Below, piece by piece: positions 25,396 to 36,736 of a DNA stretch of 64,000 bases; positions within the stretch are counted from its first letter, which is position 1; every line of letters starts with the position of its first letter. The notes beneath the pieces are model-generated. The model saw nothing but the letters and a program-made list of their open reading frames with translations. It made no database searches and had not been told where the DNA came from. The position numbers and the translations under genes are program-made. Origin of the DNA: Utricularia gibba (lineage: Eukaryota; Plantae; Magnoliophyta); the NCBI GenBank assembly GCA_002189035.1, contig NEEC01000020.1:248001-312000 (forward strand), in the 5' to 3' direction.

Positions 25396-28150
25396 TTACT
25401 TGAGGAGGGTCTTGGCGATGGTCTTCACATGGAGCTGCTTCAGGTCCTTGTAGGACTGGCCGCAGCCGACGAACATCACCGGCGCACCGGAGATGTACAC
25501 CATTGATAAAGCAGCACCAACCTGGGAGGGACACAATATGATACAGTTCAGTTACAGCAGGTGCATCATATCACCTGTAAGTGAATCGTGAATAAGGTAC
25601 AAAACAAACCTTGTCGTCGATAGTGTCGAATTTGGTAAGAAGGATTCCGTCGATCGGCCGGGGATTGGCAGAGGGAGAGAAGTCACCGAGTTTCTGCATT
25701 ACCGGTCCCATAGCCCGATGATCAGGAAGGAGAATAAGCAAGCTGCTTCTCTTTAAAAAAAAAAAAAAAAAAAGAAGCTGAGTCCCAAAACCAACCTGAT
25801 TAAACTTTGATAACTGATCAACTGCATCGTTCCCAACGAGAGCCTCTCCCACGAACAGAATCAGATCTGGATTGTTCACATGGATGAGCTTTGCGAGAGC
25901 TCTCATCAAAGGTTCATTATCCTGAAAAGGAGACAAATTGCAGAAGAGGCATGAGAATGATTGCTGTACTTTCCTGTGCTTGAAGAAGGGGGAGGCTTTC
26001 CTGAACCAAACTGAAAATGAAAAAAAGCTCAAAGTACCTGCATTCTTCCAGCTGTATCAACCAGGACAACATCAGCACCGTTTCTCTTAGCCTCCTGAAT
26101 GGCTTCACTGGCCACACTAGCAGGATCCTTCTCATAGCCCCTCTCAAATATCGGTACCTAGAAGTTGAAGATCATTACTCAAGGTGCCTTTTCCTGAATG
26201 CAACTCTGAAGAGTGACATAGCATACCTGAAGTCTACGCGAATGGGTACGGAGCTGCTCAACGGCACCTGATCTGAAGGTGTCACAAGCAGCCATCATAA
26301 CCTTGCAATCGTGTTGCTGAAGCCAGTAGGCAACCTGCAGAAGCAGTAATGAAAAAAATGGGGTCAGGAAACATTTGCAGCTATTAAGGACTAAAATGAT
26401 GAAATTGAGGATGCACCTTCGCAAGATTGGTAGACTTCCCAACTCCGTTGACGCCAATGAAAACCACAACATATGGCCTTCCTTGTTCCTTTGCAATACG
26501 CACATCCCTCAGAATGTTAATGGACCGTTTAGGAGTTAAAATGCGAACGAGAGCATCTTCCATAGCTGTCTGGTGTTATTGATATGCTTGGTCAGATCCC
26601 ATACCCACTTATATTTCCCAACACTGCAGCAGCGAAGAAAAGCCAGATACCTGAACTATAGAAGAAATCCTTGAAAATGAGGCTTGTCTTGTTCCCTCAA
26701 GTCTAGCTGCAACAGATTGGCAGAGCTTTTCTGCTATCTCCTCAGCCTGTTCAATCAATCATTTGTAGATAGAAGATAAAACAATAGCCCGAACTCGTAC
26801 AACTAAACTACTGATATGACAGTTGCAATAGAGAGGAGAATAAAAGAAGAAACATCTTACCACATTCTTTGTCATGAGTTTGTCCTTGAGAGCCTTAAGA
26901 GCAGGTTCTAAGTCAGATTTCTCCAAATTTTCTTTTCCCGCAATACTGAACATATCATTATAATGTCAGTTACCAGAAGAAAAAAAAATCTAGAACATTC
27001 ATTGATCATGGTAGAAACTGTGCATTCATAAAGCAAGATATGCAGTACAACTTCCAAGATCACGTTGTTTGGGCTAGTTACTTATGGAAGCATGCACATG
27101 GAATTTCTATATTACAACCACAAAAGCAATCTAGAATAGCTGAGGAAGAAGACAAACGTGGATAACACATGCAACATGAATTAAGTACCTTTGGAACATG
27201 GATGAGAACCATCCTTTATTTTTTGCATCAAACTTTGCAGTTGTTGCAGCGTCATCACCATCAATTTCACTGTCGCTGCTGGCAACCTCCTCTTCGTCCA
27301 TCATACTCTCCCCAAAGTCTTCTGGTAAAACAGATAAGTCATCTTCCCCATTCTCACTCACTGGATCAGTGAAATCCAACTTTTCCGGTTTTGGTGAATC
27401 ACCCCACACTCTGTTCTTTTTAGTTACCTTTTTAGGTTCCCCCTTCGAGGCCTTACCTACAGCAGTTTCAGATTTCTTTCCACCTTTGGACCTAAGCTTC
27501 TGAAGCTTGTTGACATCGAAAGCTCCATTATTGCTTACTTTACTCTCTTTATCATTTACCAAATCCTGGCCGTCCTTACTAACAAAACTGTTTTTCATAT
27601 GTCCATTTACATGCATGTAATTTTTCCCATCGTCCCCATCTCCCGCATCGCCTCCAGATTCACCCCCACTCTTTTTTTGATTGCCTCCGTCCATCATGCC
27701 CTTGTTTGATTGCCCCAGCCTTCTAGCATTCTGAGTATTGACAAACTTGTTCACCTGTTTTGACTTCTTCATTCCCTCAGCACGAGCCACAGCCTCCTCC
27801 TTCAGCTGCTTGAATATGAGATCAAAGTCATCGTACACAGTTCGCTTTTCATCAAAAATCTCTGCGAACTCTTTCTTAACCATGGAGAGCAAATCATCCA
27901 CATAAAGCAGATGGAGAATCCTCTGGTACACTGCGACAAACACTAGCCCCAGCTCATTGTGAAAAGTCCATTTCAATGTATACGACGCACCTGGGGCATC
28001 ATACTGATACGACGATAAACCCGACCTTTCCTCCAAAAGGCAAGACCTGATCAAAGTATCAATCGGCGAGCCCTTAAGAGCATTTCCAAGTTCCTTACAC
28101 GTCCAGAGGATCAGCCCACCCCGTGTGAATATGAGCAATTGCTCTAGCAT
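25396..28150 (-). CDS. SRPRA: Signal recognition particle receptor alpha subunit
   Basis: Longin N-terminus [16 protein letters not shown]; GTPase exons [67 protein letters not shown]...KTLLK* (25398-25396). Confidence 0.97.
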
Positions 28151-28539
28151 ATTTGTAATCAGATCGATTCCCTATAAAAAAAAAACCGCATAAGGACCCC
28201 CATTCAAGAATACTTAAAAATCTCAGCATAGAAACAAACATTTCATCCCAGAATCAACAAAACACGAAAACAAATTAGATACGAAGAACCAAAGCATGCT
28301 TGGAGAACGACAAATGCTTACCTATTCTTCTTCCCCAACACAATACGAATCGAATTCTCCAGGGACGATCTCCAGAATCAGGGCTTCTCTTCTCGACGTT
28401 CCCCTGAAATAGCAATTTCCCGATGGCGACGTCGGAATACTTTTCAAAAGCGTCGCGTTGGAATTAACGCTTTCTTTATTTCCATTTTTTTCACGTTTTT
28501 TAAATCAATAATATTATTTAATTACAATAAAAAAGGTGA

Positions 28540-28595
28540 TTTATGGGCTGGGCCTGAAAGCCCAATTTCAATCAGGTCACAGGCTTATAAATTTC
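28540..28595. promoter_or_regulatory. Bidirectional promoter between SRPRA (-) and the snoRNA host transcript (+)
   Basis: Site II motifs TGGGCT 28544-28549, TGGGCC 28549-28554 and AGCCCA 28559-28564; TATAAAT near 28586 on the + strand. Confidence 0.6.
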
Positions 28596-29004
28596 TAGGA
28601 GCTTGCTCTGATGTACGGCCGCCGGCGACGCCCTTGTTTTCTATGGTCTCTTGTTATGTAAATTTGACGATGCCTACTTTTTTTATTGAATTTCGGGTCT
28701 GGTGAGGCATATGGGCATTGTGGATTTTTGAGTTCTATGTGATCATATGGAGCCTAGTTACTCTTTCTGTATGTTTCCCGTAAATTTAATGCTTCCTTGA
28801 GTAGCCATATGAGTATTGTGTGTCATGGTGGCCTAGTTAGGAGGCGCGCATGGATATGCCGGATCCATTTTTGCAATGAATCTGGAAGTCAATGCTTTTT
28901 GAGTGAACATATTGTTCCTTTTGTATGTTCTACAAGCAGCCTTGAAGAGTGCGTTGATCCCACTTTTCTAACTTTGTGGGCTGTTGTTTGGACATGCTGT
29001 GAAC

Positions 29005-29088
29005 GGGCAGACGATGTGAACAGTTTCATTTGAACTGACGATTACCCCATGAAGCAATAAGTTGTTGTTAAGGGATTTACTGATGCCC
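29005..29088 (+). ncRNA. Candidate box C/D snoRNA with an 18S rRNA guide; family not recognised
   Basis: Terminal stem GGGCA (29005-29009) / TGCCC (29084-29088); C-like box ACGATGT 29011-29017; D' CTGA 29035-29038; D CTGA 29080-29083 directly preceded by TTGTTAAGGGATTTA, the complement (one G-U) of plant 18S UAAAUCCCUUAACGA. Confidence 0.75.
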
Positions 29089-29161
29089 ATTAGTTGAAGG
29101 GAAACATCAATCTCTCATGATCTTTTTTTTTGTGGGTTTTCGAGTCTGCAAGTGCTTTTGA

Positions 29162-29227
29162 GGCATATGATGAGAGGTTAATTTTGTTGCTAATTCATCC
29201 ATGAAGAGCTTTTTAAAACCGATGTCC
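29162..29227 (+). ncRNA. Box C/D snoRNA of the U36a/SNORD36/snR47 type (guide for 18S Am at yeast A619)
   Basis: Perfect C box ATGATGA 29167-29173; guide GAGCTTTTTAA 29206-29216 complementary to 18S UUAAAAAGCUC; two spacer nt, then D-box variant CCGA 29219-29222, so the +5 rule falls on the first A of GUUAAAAAG; short terminal stem GGCA/TGTC. Confidence 0.8.
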
Positions 29228-29998
29228 AGCATTTACTTCTTGATCCTTCAGTTTCATAATTATTGTACATGGACAACTAATTCAAATGACATTATAGAGA
29301 AGGTTCAATGATCACTTATCGCTGAACCTCTTCTGTACCATTTTGAGTAATGAAGGTTTGCATCAAATCCTTTGGTCTTCTCAGCAATGATCTTGATTGT
29401 TATCCTACTTTGTTGCTGCTGGGTTTTTACGGTCTCTGGAGCAGATCTTTTCTTTCCGTTACTTGACTGTAGTTGCTGCATGTGAAGCTGTGGCCATTGC
29501 TATAGAAAATGTTCAGTGATCATGCAACATGGTTAGGCATTTCTGTTTGTGGCCACTGATCTTAGGTTGAAGAAGGTTTTGCATTACAGAAGCAGCGTCA
29601 AGTCTTCTGGTCATCTCAGTGGTGAAACCAGTCGGGGTTCGTGCTAATGCAGCCGAATCAACGTGGAGGATGGCATTGCTCAAGTTGCTGCATGTAAAGA
29701 TGTGATCTTTGTTTAAAGGGATCTGTGTTATTGTTCTTTTGGGAAGTCTATGAGTTTTGAATTCAATGGTTGTCGAATTTGGTGAATTACATTCCTCAAA
29801 TTACCCTCAGCAGTGAGATGATTCCAATCAATATCACTCTTCAAGCAACTAGTTGAGAGGAAAAAACTTGGAAAACAAACACTAAAAAACCAGTGACATG
29901 CTGATGAAGTTTCATTACAACAACGAATTCGACATTATCATTTGTAATTAATCCATGGGCGCTGATGAATTTAGATACAGGGAAGAGTGCAGAGGTGG

Positions 29999-30865
29999 TT
30001 ATTCACCTTCCCAACCAAGATGGCGAGCTCTTTGTTCCCACATCGAAGTTACCTTCTTCTCCTTGGTGATCAATACCTCTGCTCGTTCTCGTGCACCTTC
30101 GCAAGTTTCAGTGGCGATGATGCATTTCTCGGCTTCCCCTTGGTACTGGGAAGCCAATCTTTTTGCTTCGCCCAGAGTCACATTCATATGTTGGGTGTGT
30201 TCCTCGCCTATGGTTTCCTGCAACTTCAGCTCTTCTGTCAGCAAGTCCACCACGTGCTTCTCCATCTCCTCCTTCAGATCAGGATCATCTTTCCCGCAGT
30301 CTGGTATTCATTCCATGCCATTCGGATCAAATTTTCACAGAAAAGTATTCAACTGAAGATGGATTAGTGTGCAAGGTGCAGAAAAGCAGAAAATTTTGGA
30401 GCAGATTTCCATACCTGTAACGGTGAGATTAGCTAGACCTGCATGAAGAGAAAGGAGAAGATGAATAACCCTTTGACAGAAACAGTGAACTTGATGTACC
30501 CTCATATACCACAACTTCTCAAAGGCATGAACAATCAAGAAAAGACGATTTCTTTTAGGGAGGATAGACTGAGATGAAGATCAACGAAGATTTGCAGCAA
30601 TTTGAACATGAAAAAACCCAGAAAAAAGTGAAAGCAACGAAACCAGAGATTTTTTTATTGATCAGGATGCCGTACCGGGCACAATCTGAAAGAGGGATTC
30701 GGCAGGGGCGCAGTCGCAAATGCATGGAGCGCATCCTGATCCCCGTTTCCATTTCAAACCCTTGTTGAATTTGAAGAATAGCGCCGGCCCAGATACAAAA
30801 AGAGCCGAAACCACCGCGAAAATCACGAGACAGCATCGGAAACAGTTCGCCGATCTCCTATTCAT
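29999..30865 (-). CDS. NKS1: DUF1068 protein, NKS1-like; 3 exons
   Basis: MNRRSANCFRCCLVIFAVVSALFVSGPALFFKF..CAPCICDC..IVPG | LANLTVT | DCGKDDPDLKEEMEKHVVDLLTEELKLQE..WEQRARHLGWEGE*. Confidence 0.88.
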
Positions 30866-31459
30866 ATCAGCTCTCAGCACAATCTGTCTCTCCCTCTCTA
30901 CAGTAGGCTCCCGAATGGAATCCAACACGATGGGATCCAAGAAATTCTATTCCCGAATCTGGGTCACCCCAATTTCCCGTCTTCCGTCGCTTCGAGATCT
31001 GGTTCCCAACTACACTGAGATGAACGAACACCACGACTGAAGCCCCCGGCTCTGATGTGGCTTCAAGGTTCCCCTTCGAATTTGTATTCATTTTTTACTT
31101 TCAAAATCATATTTTTTTAATAGTCGGACACATTTTCCACGTGTCCACACCAAAGAAACCTGATTGGCTTCTGTCCAAGATTGGATTTTTTAAGGTTCCC
31201 CTTTACAAGATTTCTATGTTCATCCCTGCAATGTTTGTATCTTGGAACATTATCCCATACACTTAAGTTTACTTGATGTCTGAAGAAGTAGGTGCTCCAA
31301 TTGCTGGTTCTAGTCAAGTTAATATATATCTCATTGAAGCATCACCAACAGAGTTTTGACATACATATATACATGAAGGTTAAAGATAAAGTGATCGAAC
31401 TGAACACCTCAAGGATAGATAACAAGTTACATATGAAGCAGTGCACCAGACACCAATCT

Positions 31460-32355
31460 CTACTTCCCGAAAAGGGACTTGATCCACCAAATACCCCTTG
31501 TGTCACTCGCAGCAGTATCACTTGCTGGAGGAGTTTCAGAGTGCTGTGTTCTGTGGAGCTTTGTCACATCATATCCCTCTTCCTTTGCCTTCTCCAGTAG
31601 CTGGTTGTATGTCTCCTCATCCAAACGACTCTCCCTCGCCAAAACCTGAACAACAAATGCACTACAAGTGAGTGTAAGCCTTGCGCTACACCAGAAGCCT
31701 GATACGATTTTGGATTCTCTGTGAATTCGTATCAGAACAAAGCCCATGTCATCACAGTACACATCCAAGAACATACTTATCCTCTTCCACCTTTCTACCC
31801 TAAACTAAAGCATAGAATTTACTACACAGTTTTCACTTTTATCCAGCAATCAGCTGACTAACAACAGGAAATCAAAAATTTCCAAGCATATAAAAAGTGG
31901 GGTGATTCCAATTTCATCAAACAATCAGATATATGAGAGAAAATCAAACATTTTGGAGCATATGAGTGGTAGAAAAGCTGTACCCAGAGATATTTCCTGG
32001 AAGGCTGACCGATCAAAGCATACTGATAATCACAATCAATGAACAAAACCCAGTAATCCCCGACGACAGGAATGATGGGGAGAAAGGGGGGAACATAAAA
32101 TCTGACTTTAAGCTTAGCTTCATCGCTTTGGGGATCCGCCTTAAAGGCAGTTCCTTCAATAAACCCCCTTTTCCCATCACTCCAAGTTTCATTAAGAACA
32201 TGAACAGTCTGATCAGGATTCAGAGTGTAAGTAGCCCGAGTGTCGATCCCGTTCTTGGGCTGAAACGTCGACGGAAACGAAGCGATCTCATACCACCTCC
32301 CCATATACCTCTCGATGTCCAGATTCTTTACGACCTCCATTTCTTTCCCCGCCAT
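31460..32355 (-). CDS. TIL: Temperature-induced lipocalin; 2 exons
   Basis: SCR1 YMGRWYEIASFP, HVLNETWSDGKR, SCR2 GDYWVLFID..YQYALIGQPSRKYLW; last exon VLARESRLDEETYNQLLEKAKEEGYDV...GIWWIKSLFGK*. Confidence 0.96.
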
Positions 32356-32627
32356 CTCCGCCACGAATGACACTCAACTGAAATAGGGAAGCAATCGCCG
32401 CTGAAATTCGATGCAGAGAGGCGAAACCGACACATGGCGAGCCCACGGATTCGACATTGAATTGAGGAGACCAGTGGGCGGTCCACAACGACGCCGAAAG
32501 TCAGTCTTCAAGATTCCCGATCATTTTCTCTTTTCATTATTTTCTTTTTTTAATTCAAAATAATTCGAATCGCATGGACCGCCCGGGCGAACCGGACCGC
32601 CAATGAAACCAACCGGGCCAAAATAAT

Positions 32628-34954
32628 TCAATTGAAGAACCAGCTTCTTGTCTGGAGTGCGGTCTCCTTCTCCGGTGCTAAGATTAGTCTGTCTACACGG
32701 GAGGCTGCCCACCGGCCGAAATCCGGGGAAGAGACGAGCTCCTCCAGGGCCCTTCTGGTGGACTCCTGCGTGAAGGATCTCCATTCCGACTTCTTAAACT
32801 TCCGGCGGTCTGGAACTTGATGGAATGTGGAGTAGAAGGTGGCTGATTCACAGAGCCACGCATCTGTCTTGCTGGTTGAACCTGCAAGGGGAACACACAG
32901 CTGATGCACCAGATTATGGTTCCCGACAAAGTTTCCAGATGTCGAAAAGGAAGAAACCGGTGGAGGAGGTGGTGGCCGGGGAAGAAGCGGAGGAAGCACC
33001 GGCATTCCTGCCCTTCCACGTCTGCTGTTTCCTGCGAGGTTTTTCGTGTTACCGCCGGAGTAAAGTGATCCCATTGCAGTCGCCTATCTCACCTGTAAAC
33101 CCGGGCAACGCCCTTTGGGTTGAAAACTCGCCGCAAGAGGGAAGAAAGAGTGATCCCACACATCAAGAACTCCGTTGCCAACAATGGATCTAAGCAACTC
33201 TGCATCACATACAAGTGATCGATCCCGTTCGAGAAGGAATGGAGGGAATCTGGAGAGGAAACGAACCAGAAGAATCATCACAGACGACACAATGCGGATG
33301 CACCAGGTGACAAAGTGGGATACACCAACATCTATGGATCCATCCTCGTGGAGAACAACTCTACGGACAGCCCAAAACCCAACGAATGCTCCAACGATTA
33401 CCATCAGGACAAAGAGGAGCACTCCCAGCTGAAATACATGAAGGCAGTCCATCACTCAGAATCTATGTCTAGAAAGAAGATTGGAGAGCTCAAGGATCTT
33501 GGCTTACAGGATGGTGAAAATGGTGGGATATTCCAATTTCTGCGAGTATGGTTCGAATCAAACTTGGGATAAAGCGAAGAAGATAAGATCCCAGACCAAC
33601 CTGAAGGTGGGTAGAAAGGAGTGTTCATGTAAAACCTCAGAAAAGTTGGAAGTTAGAAGCTGATTCATGAACTGCATACCACAAATGAGTACAATATTAT
33701 CGCCATCGAGCTCCGTCCAGCTGGGAGGACCTTCATTCCCTGAAGAAAAATGTCTATAAGCACAGCTGAGATGCAACACTGTTGTTGAGATGTTAGAGTT
33801 AAAATTTTAGATACCTGAAAAAGGATCATTAATATGACCAGCAGAATCCCTATTGTCATTGCACCAGAGTAGTAGAAAACCAGAGACTCACTGAGAAGGG
33901 GAGCCATGGTCATGAGAACCATACCAGAAGCCAGGAACACCATCCTGTGTGGGTAAAGCTCTGAAAGAGAACCGATCTCAGAGTCAAAGGAAGACTTGTT
34001 AAATTGAATTGTTCAAGAAAAAAGAGAAGTGGTAAACTTGAAAAGAATGAAGCACAAGTTCATGGAAAATAAACCTTCTTCAAGAGACACCTGAAGACTG
34101 CTTGTGTAAGACTTTGGAATCCTCAAGTCTAAGATTTTGTTGTCATAAGGAGACATGAGTTTGGCCCAGAATCCATTGTTGAGTTTTTCCCAATGATCAT
34201 GAGGACACATCCCTACCCCAAGAGATGAATTCCTGCAAAGAACAATCTTGCTATCATAAGAAAGCTTGTTTAATATTCCTGCAAAGAACAATCTTGCTAG
34301 AAGGTGATCCTCGTCCATGAGTGTTGGTTTAATATCAACATTACCTGTGGAAACAGACCTCGATTTTCGGTGGCCGGCCAGTATGGTTCATACATTCCAC
34401 TTTCACTTTGACAGAATGAGCAAACTTGTCCAAATTCCTTATTCTTGGGAAACCATAAATCCCAACCCTTGCGCATTTTGACAGTACCCACGCTTCGCTC
34501 CTGGAGACTCTTCAACCATCAAGGTTTCAGACACCTCCAATGTTTTATTCCCGGAAACATCTGAGCAAGTGGTCACAACAATCGATTATAACTAAAATCA
34601 ATCATACTAAAGTAACTCAACCAAGAGACAGTAACAACCCATCAAACTCAACATGCTCCTGAGAGCACATTCGGTCCCAACCCCAAGAACAGCAAAATCC
34701 AATGCTGGATTCCACAACCCAAATCAAAGCCATTTTTTCATCTCCAAGAGCAAACAAACAAACGGGGAGACAACATTATTCACTCGAGACCCGGAACACC
34801 AGGAGACGCTCAAGTGGTTAAGCAGACAATCCAAGAATCAAGAAAAGCTTTTTTCACCTAACGAGTACTCCGAAGCAGGCATAGCCCATGAAAGATACGA
34901 GGAAAAGGCTACAAGAAACGACAGAAGAAGAGCCACTGCAGTAACTCTCCTCAT
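32628..34954 (-). CDS. NEMP/DUF2215 nuclear-envelope membrane protein (PNET2-like); apparent -1 frameshift at about 34487-34489
   Basis: Signal-like start MRRVTAVALLLSFLVAF; RIRNLDKFAHSVKVKV..IEVCFH|RNSSLGVGMCPH..SPYDNKILDLR; ESLVFYYSGAMTIGILLVILMILFQ; EDGSIDVGVSHFVTW; FYSTFHQVPDRRKF..LEELVSSPDF. Confidence 0.85.
34229..34299. repeat. Perfect 25-bp direct repeat (period 46) duplicating a 3' splice site
   Basis: ATTCCTGCAAAGAACAATCTTGCTA at 34229-34253 and 34275-34299. Confidence 0.95.
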
Positions 34955-35912
34955 TGCTTCCGGTCGTTGGCCGAATCCCCAGAGCAACCGCACGACACCC
35001 CTCCGCCAATACCGCACACCTTCTCCTCCAATAATTGATAATTAAAATAAAATATTTTGTAGTAGAATATTTTAAATGTTTCTAATTTATTCCATATTAT
35101 TTTTTTTATTAAATAGGTTTTTTTTATAAAAAGAGTTTTCAAACAAAATTTACAAAAAAAATCTAATTTATTCCACCTAAAAAGGTCTACCAAACATATA
35201 ACAATTGGTTGTAATAGGGTTTTAATATTCATAAATCTTATTTAGTAATCAATTTTATATGAATATTACATTATATTAGGTTTAAAATAAAATTTAAATA
35301 AAAATAAGAAATTATATATTTTATTTAAATGTGTATATTATATTATGCTAATTAAGAGATGAAGTAATACATCATGATAGGACTTAGAATTGTGATCAAT
35401 TCCAAACGGTTATCTTGAATCATTTATTCATAAATCATGGTTAATAATCAACTTTTGTTTCAATTTTATTTCGATACCAGATTCTTAAACCTTGAACCTA
35501 ACTAAACTACAATTGAATCGCATGGTTTCGGATCAAAATAAGAATCGAAAACCTTGAATTGAACTAGAACCGAAACCGTATGAGATTTTAATTGAAAATC
35601 ATATATGATTTTAGAACCTAACTAAAAGAGAATATTTTTTTTAAGTTTATAATATATGATTTTAATTGTATAAGTTCCTCAAAAGCTACTTCTTTTGGAT
35701 AAGAAGAGCTCACAATTAAGATAAAGATACGGGAATAATAATATTACACATACAAATATTATTATTATATAATAAGTTGTAAGGGTCATTTTCATTCTCC
35801 TTTTGAAATCGATCTTTATAATAGTCATAACTCGTCACTCCCACGTACCACGACATTCAGAGGGCATTACCCACCCAAATTCCTTTCTCAAGAATCTGAT
35901 CTCGGGGCACAC

Positions 35913-36736
35913 ATGGGATTCGATGATTCCTGCCTTGTCTTGGAGCTGGGGATCGGCCCGGATCGTCGGAATCGATACCGGGAAGCGTCGTCGGTGGAGA
36001 AAAGAGCGCAGGAACAGGGGAGTGGGGGCTCCTGGGCATCCTCGAGAATCAGCGATGAGGACGACCGGGGATCCTACGCCCGGAAGAAGCTGCGGCTGAG
36101 TAAGAATCAGGCCTCCCTTCTGGAAGAAAGCTTCGGTCGGCATAGCTCCCTCACCCCGGTAAAGTTTAGAATACAGCTTATTGCCCATCTGCACTTTCTG
36201 ATATCAGTTTGATCTGATTCTGGTGTCAGATGCTGAAGCAAGAGCTAGCGCGCGAGCTGATTCTTACTCCACGCCAGGTCGAAGTTTGGTACCAGAACCG
36301 ACGAGCCAGGTTCGTAATTTCTTTGTGTTTTTTTCGCAATGGAGATATGTGAGGATTCCGATCGCCGAATTTCAGTAGACAAAGTTTTCGCTTGCTTATC
36401 GTCGGGTTCACCAACTTCACGTCTTCTAAGCTAATTCTTTTCGTTGCCCAATTGGGTTTCTGTAGAGCGAAGCTGAAGCAAACGGAGGCGAACTGTGAGC
36501 TACTGAGGAGACTGTGCACCTCGCTGAGCGAAGAGAATCAGCGGCTGCGGAAAGAGCTGGAAGAGGTAAAGGCGGTTAAATCCGTTACTCCGCCCTTGTG
36601 CATGCAGATTCCGGCAGCCGCCATCGCGATCTGTCCCTCGTGCCAGAGGATCGGCGGCGCCACTGTCATAACGCAGAGTTCAGCCGCGACGGCGGCCAAA
36701 AGCTCCTTCACCCACACTCCGTCGGCGGCTTGCTAA
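35913..36736 (+). CDS. HD-Zip class II transcription factor, HAT22/HAT9-like, divergent; 3 exons
   Basis: MGFDDSC start, ARKKLRLSKNQASLLEESF, RQVEVWYQNRRAR, KLKQTE..C..L..ENQRLRKEL, CPSCQ motif, ends PSAAC*. Intron 1 is 36159-36229. Confidence 0.9.

Noticed and set aside
29005-29088. Naming this RNA snoR41Y/U62 or U14
   Set aside because: The snR41/U62 target is the A of GAGGA*UCC, further 3' than the segment paired here. Similarity to U14 domain A is only about 8 nt (CAGTTTCA), and U14 domain B is absent.
30033-30050. TCCCACATCG, resembling the plant snRNA upstream sequence element
   Set aside because: Lies inside the NKS1-like last exon, with no correctly spaced TATA or snRNA downstream.
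33545-33565. GGTTCGAATC, resembling a tRNA T-loop (similar motif near 10160)
   Set aside because: No pairing T-stem, acceptor stem or anticodon arm.
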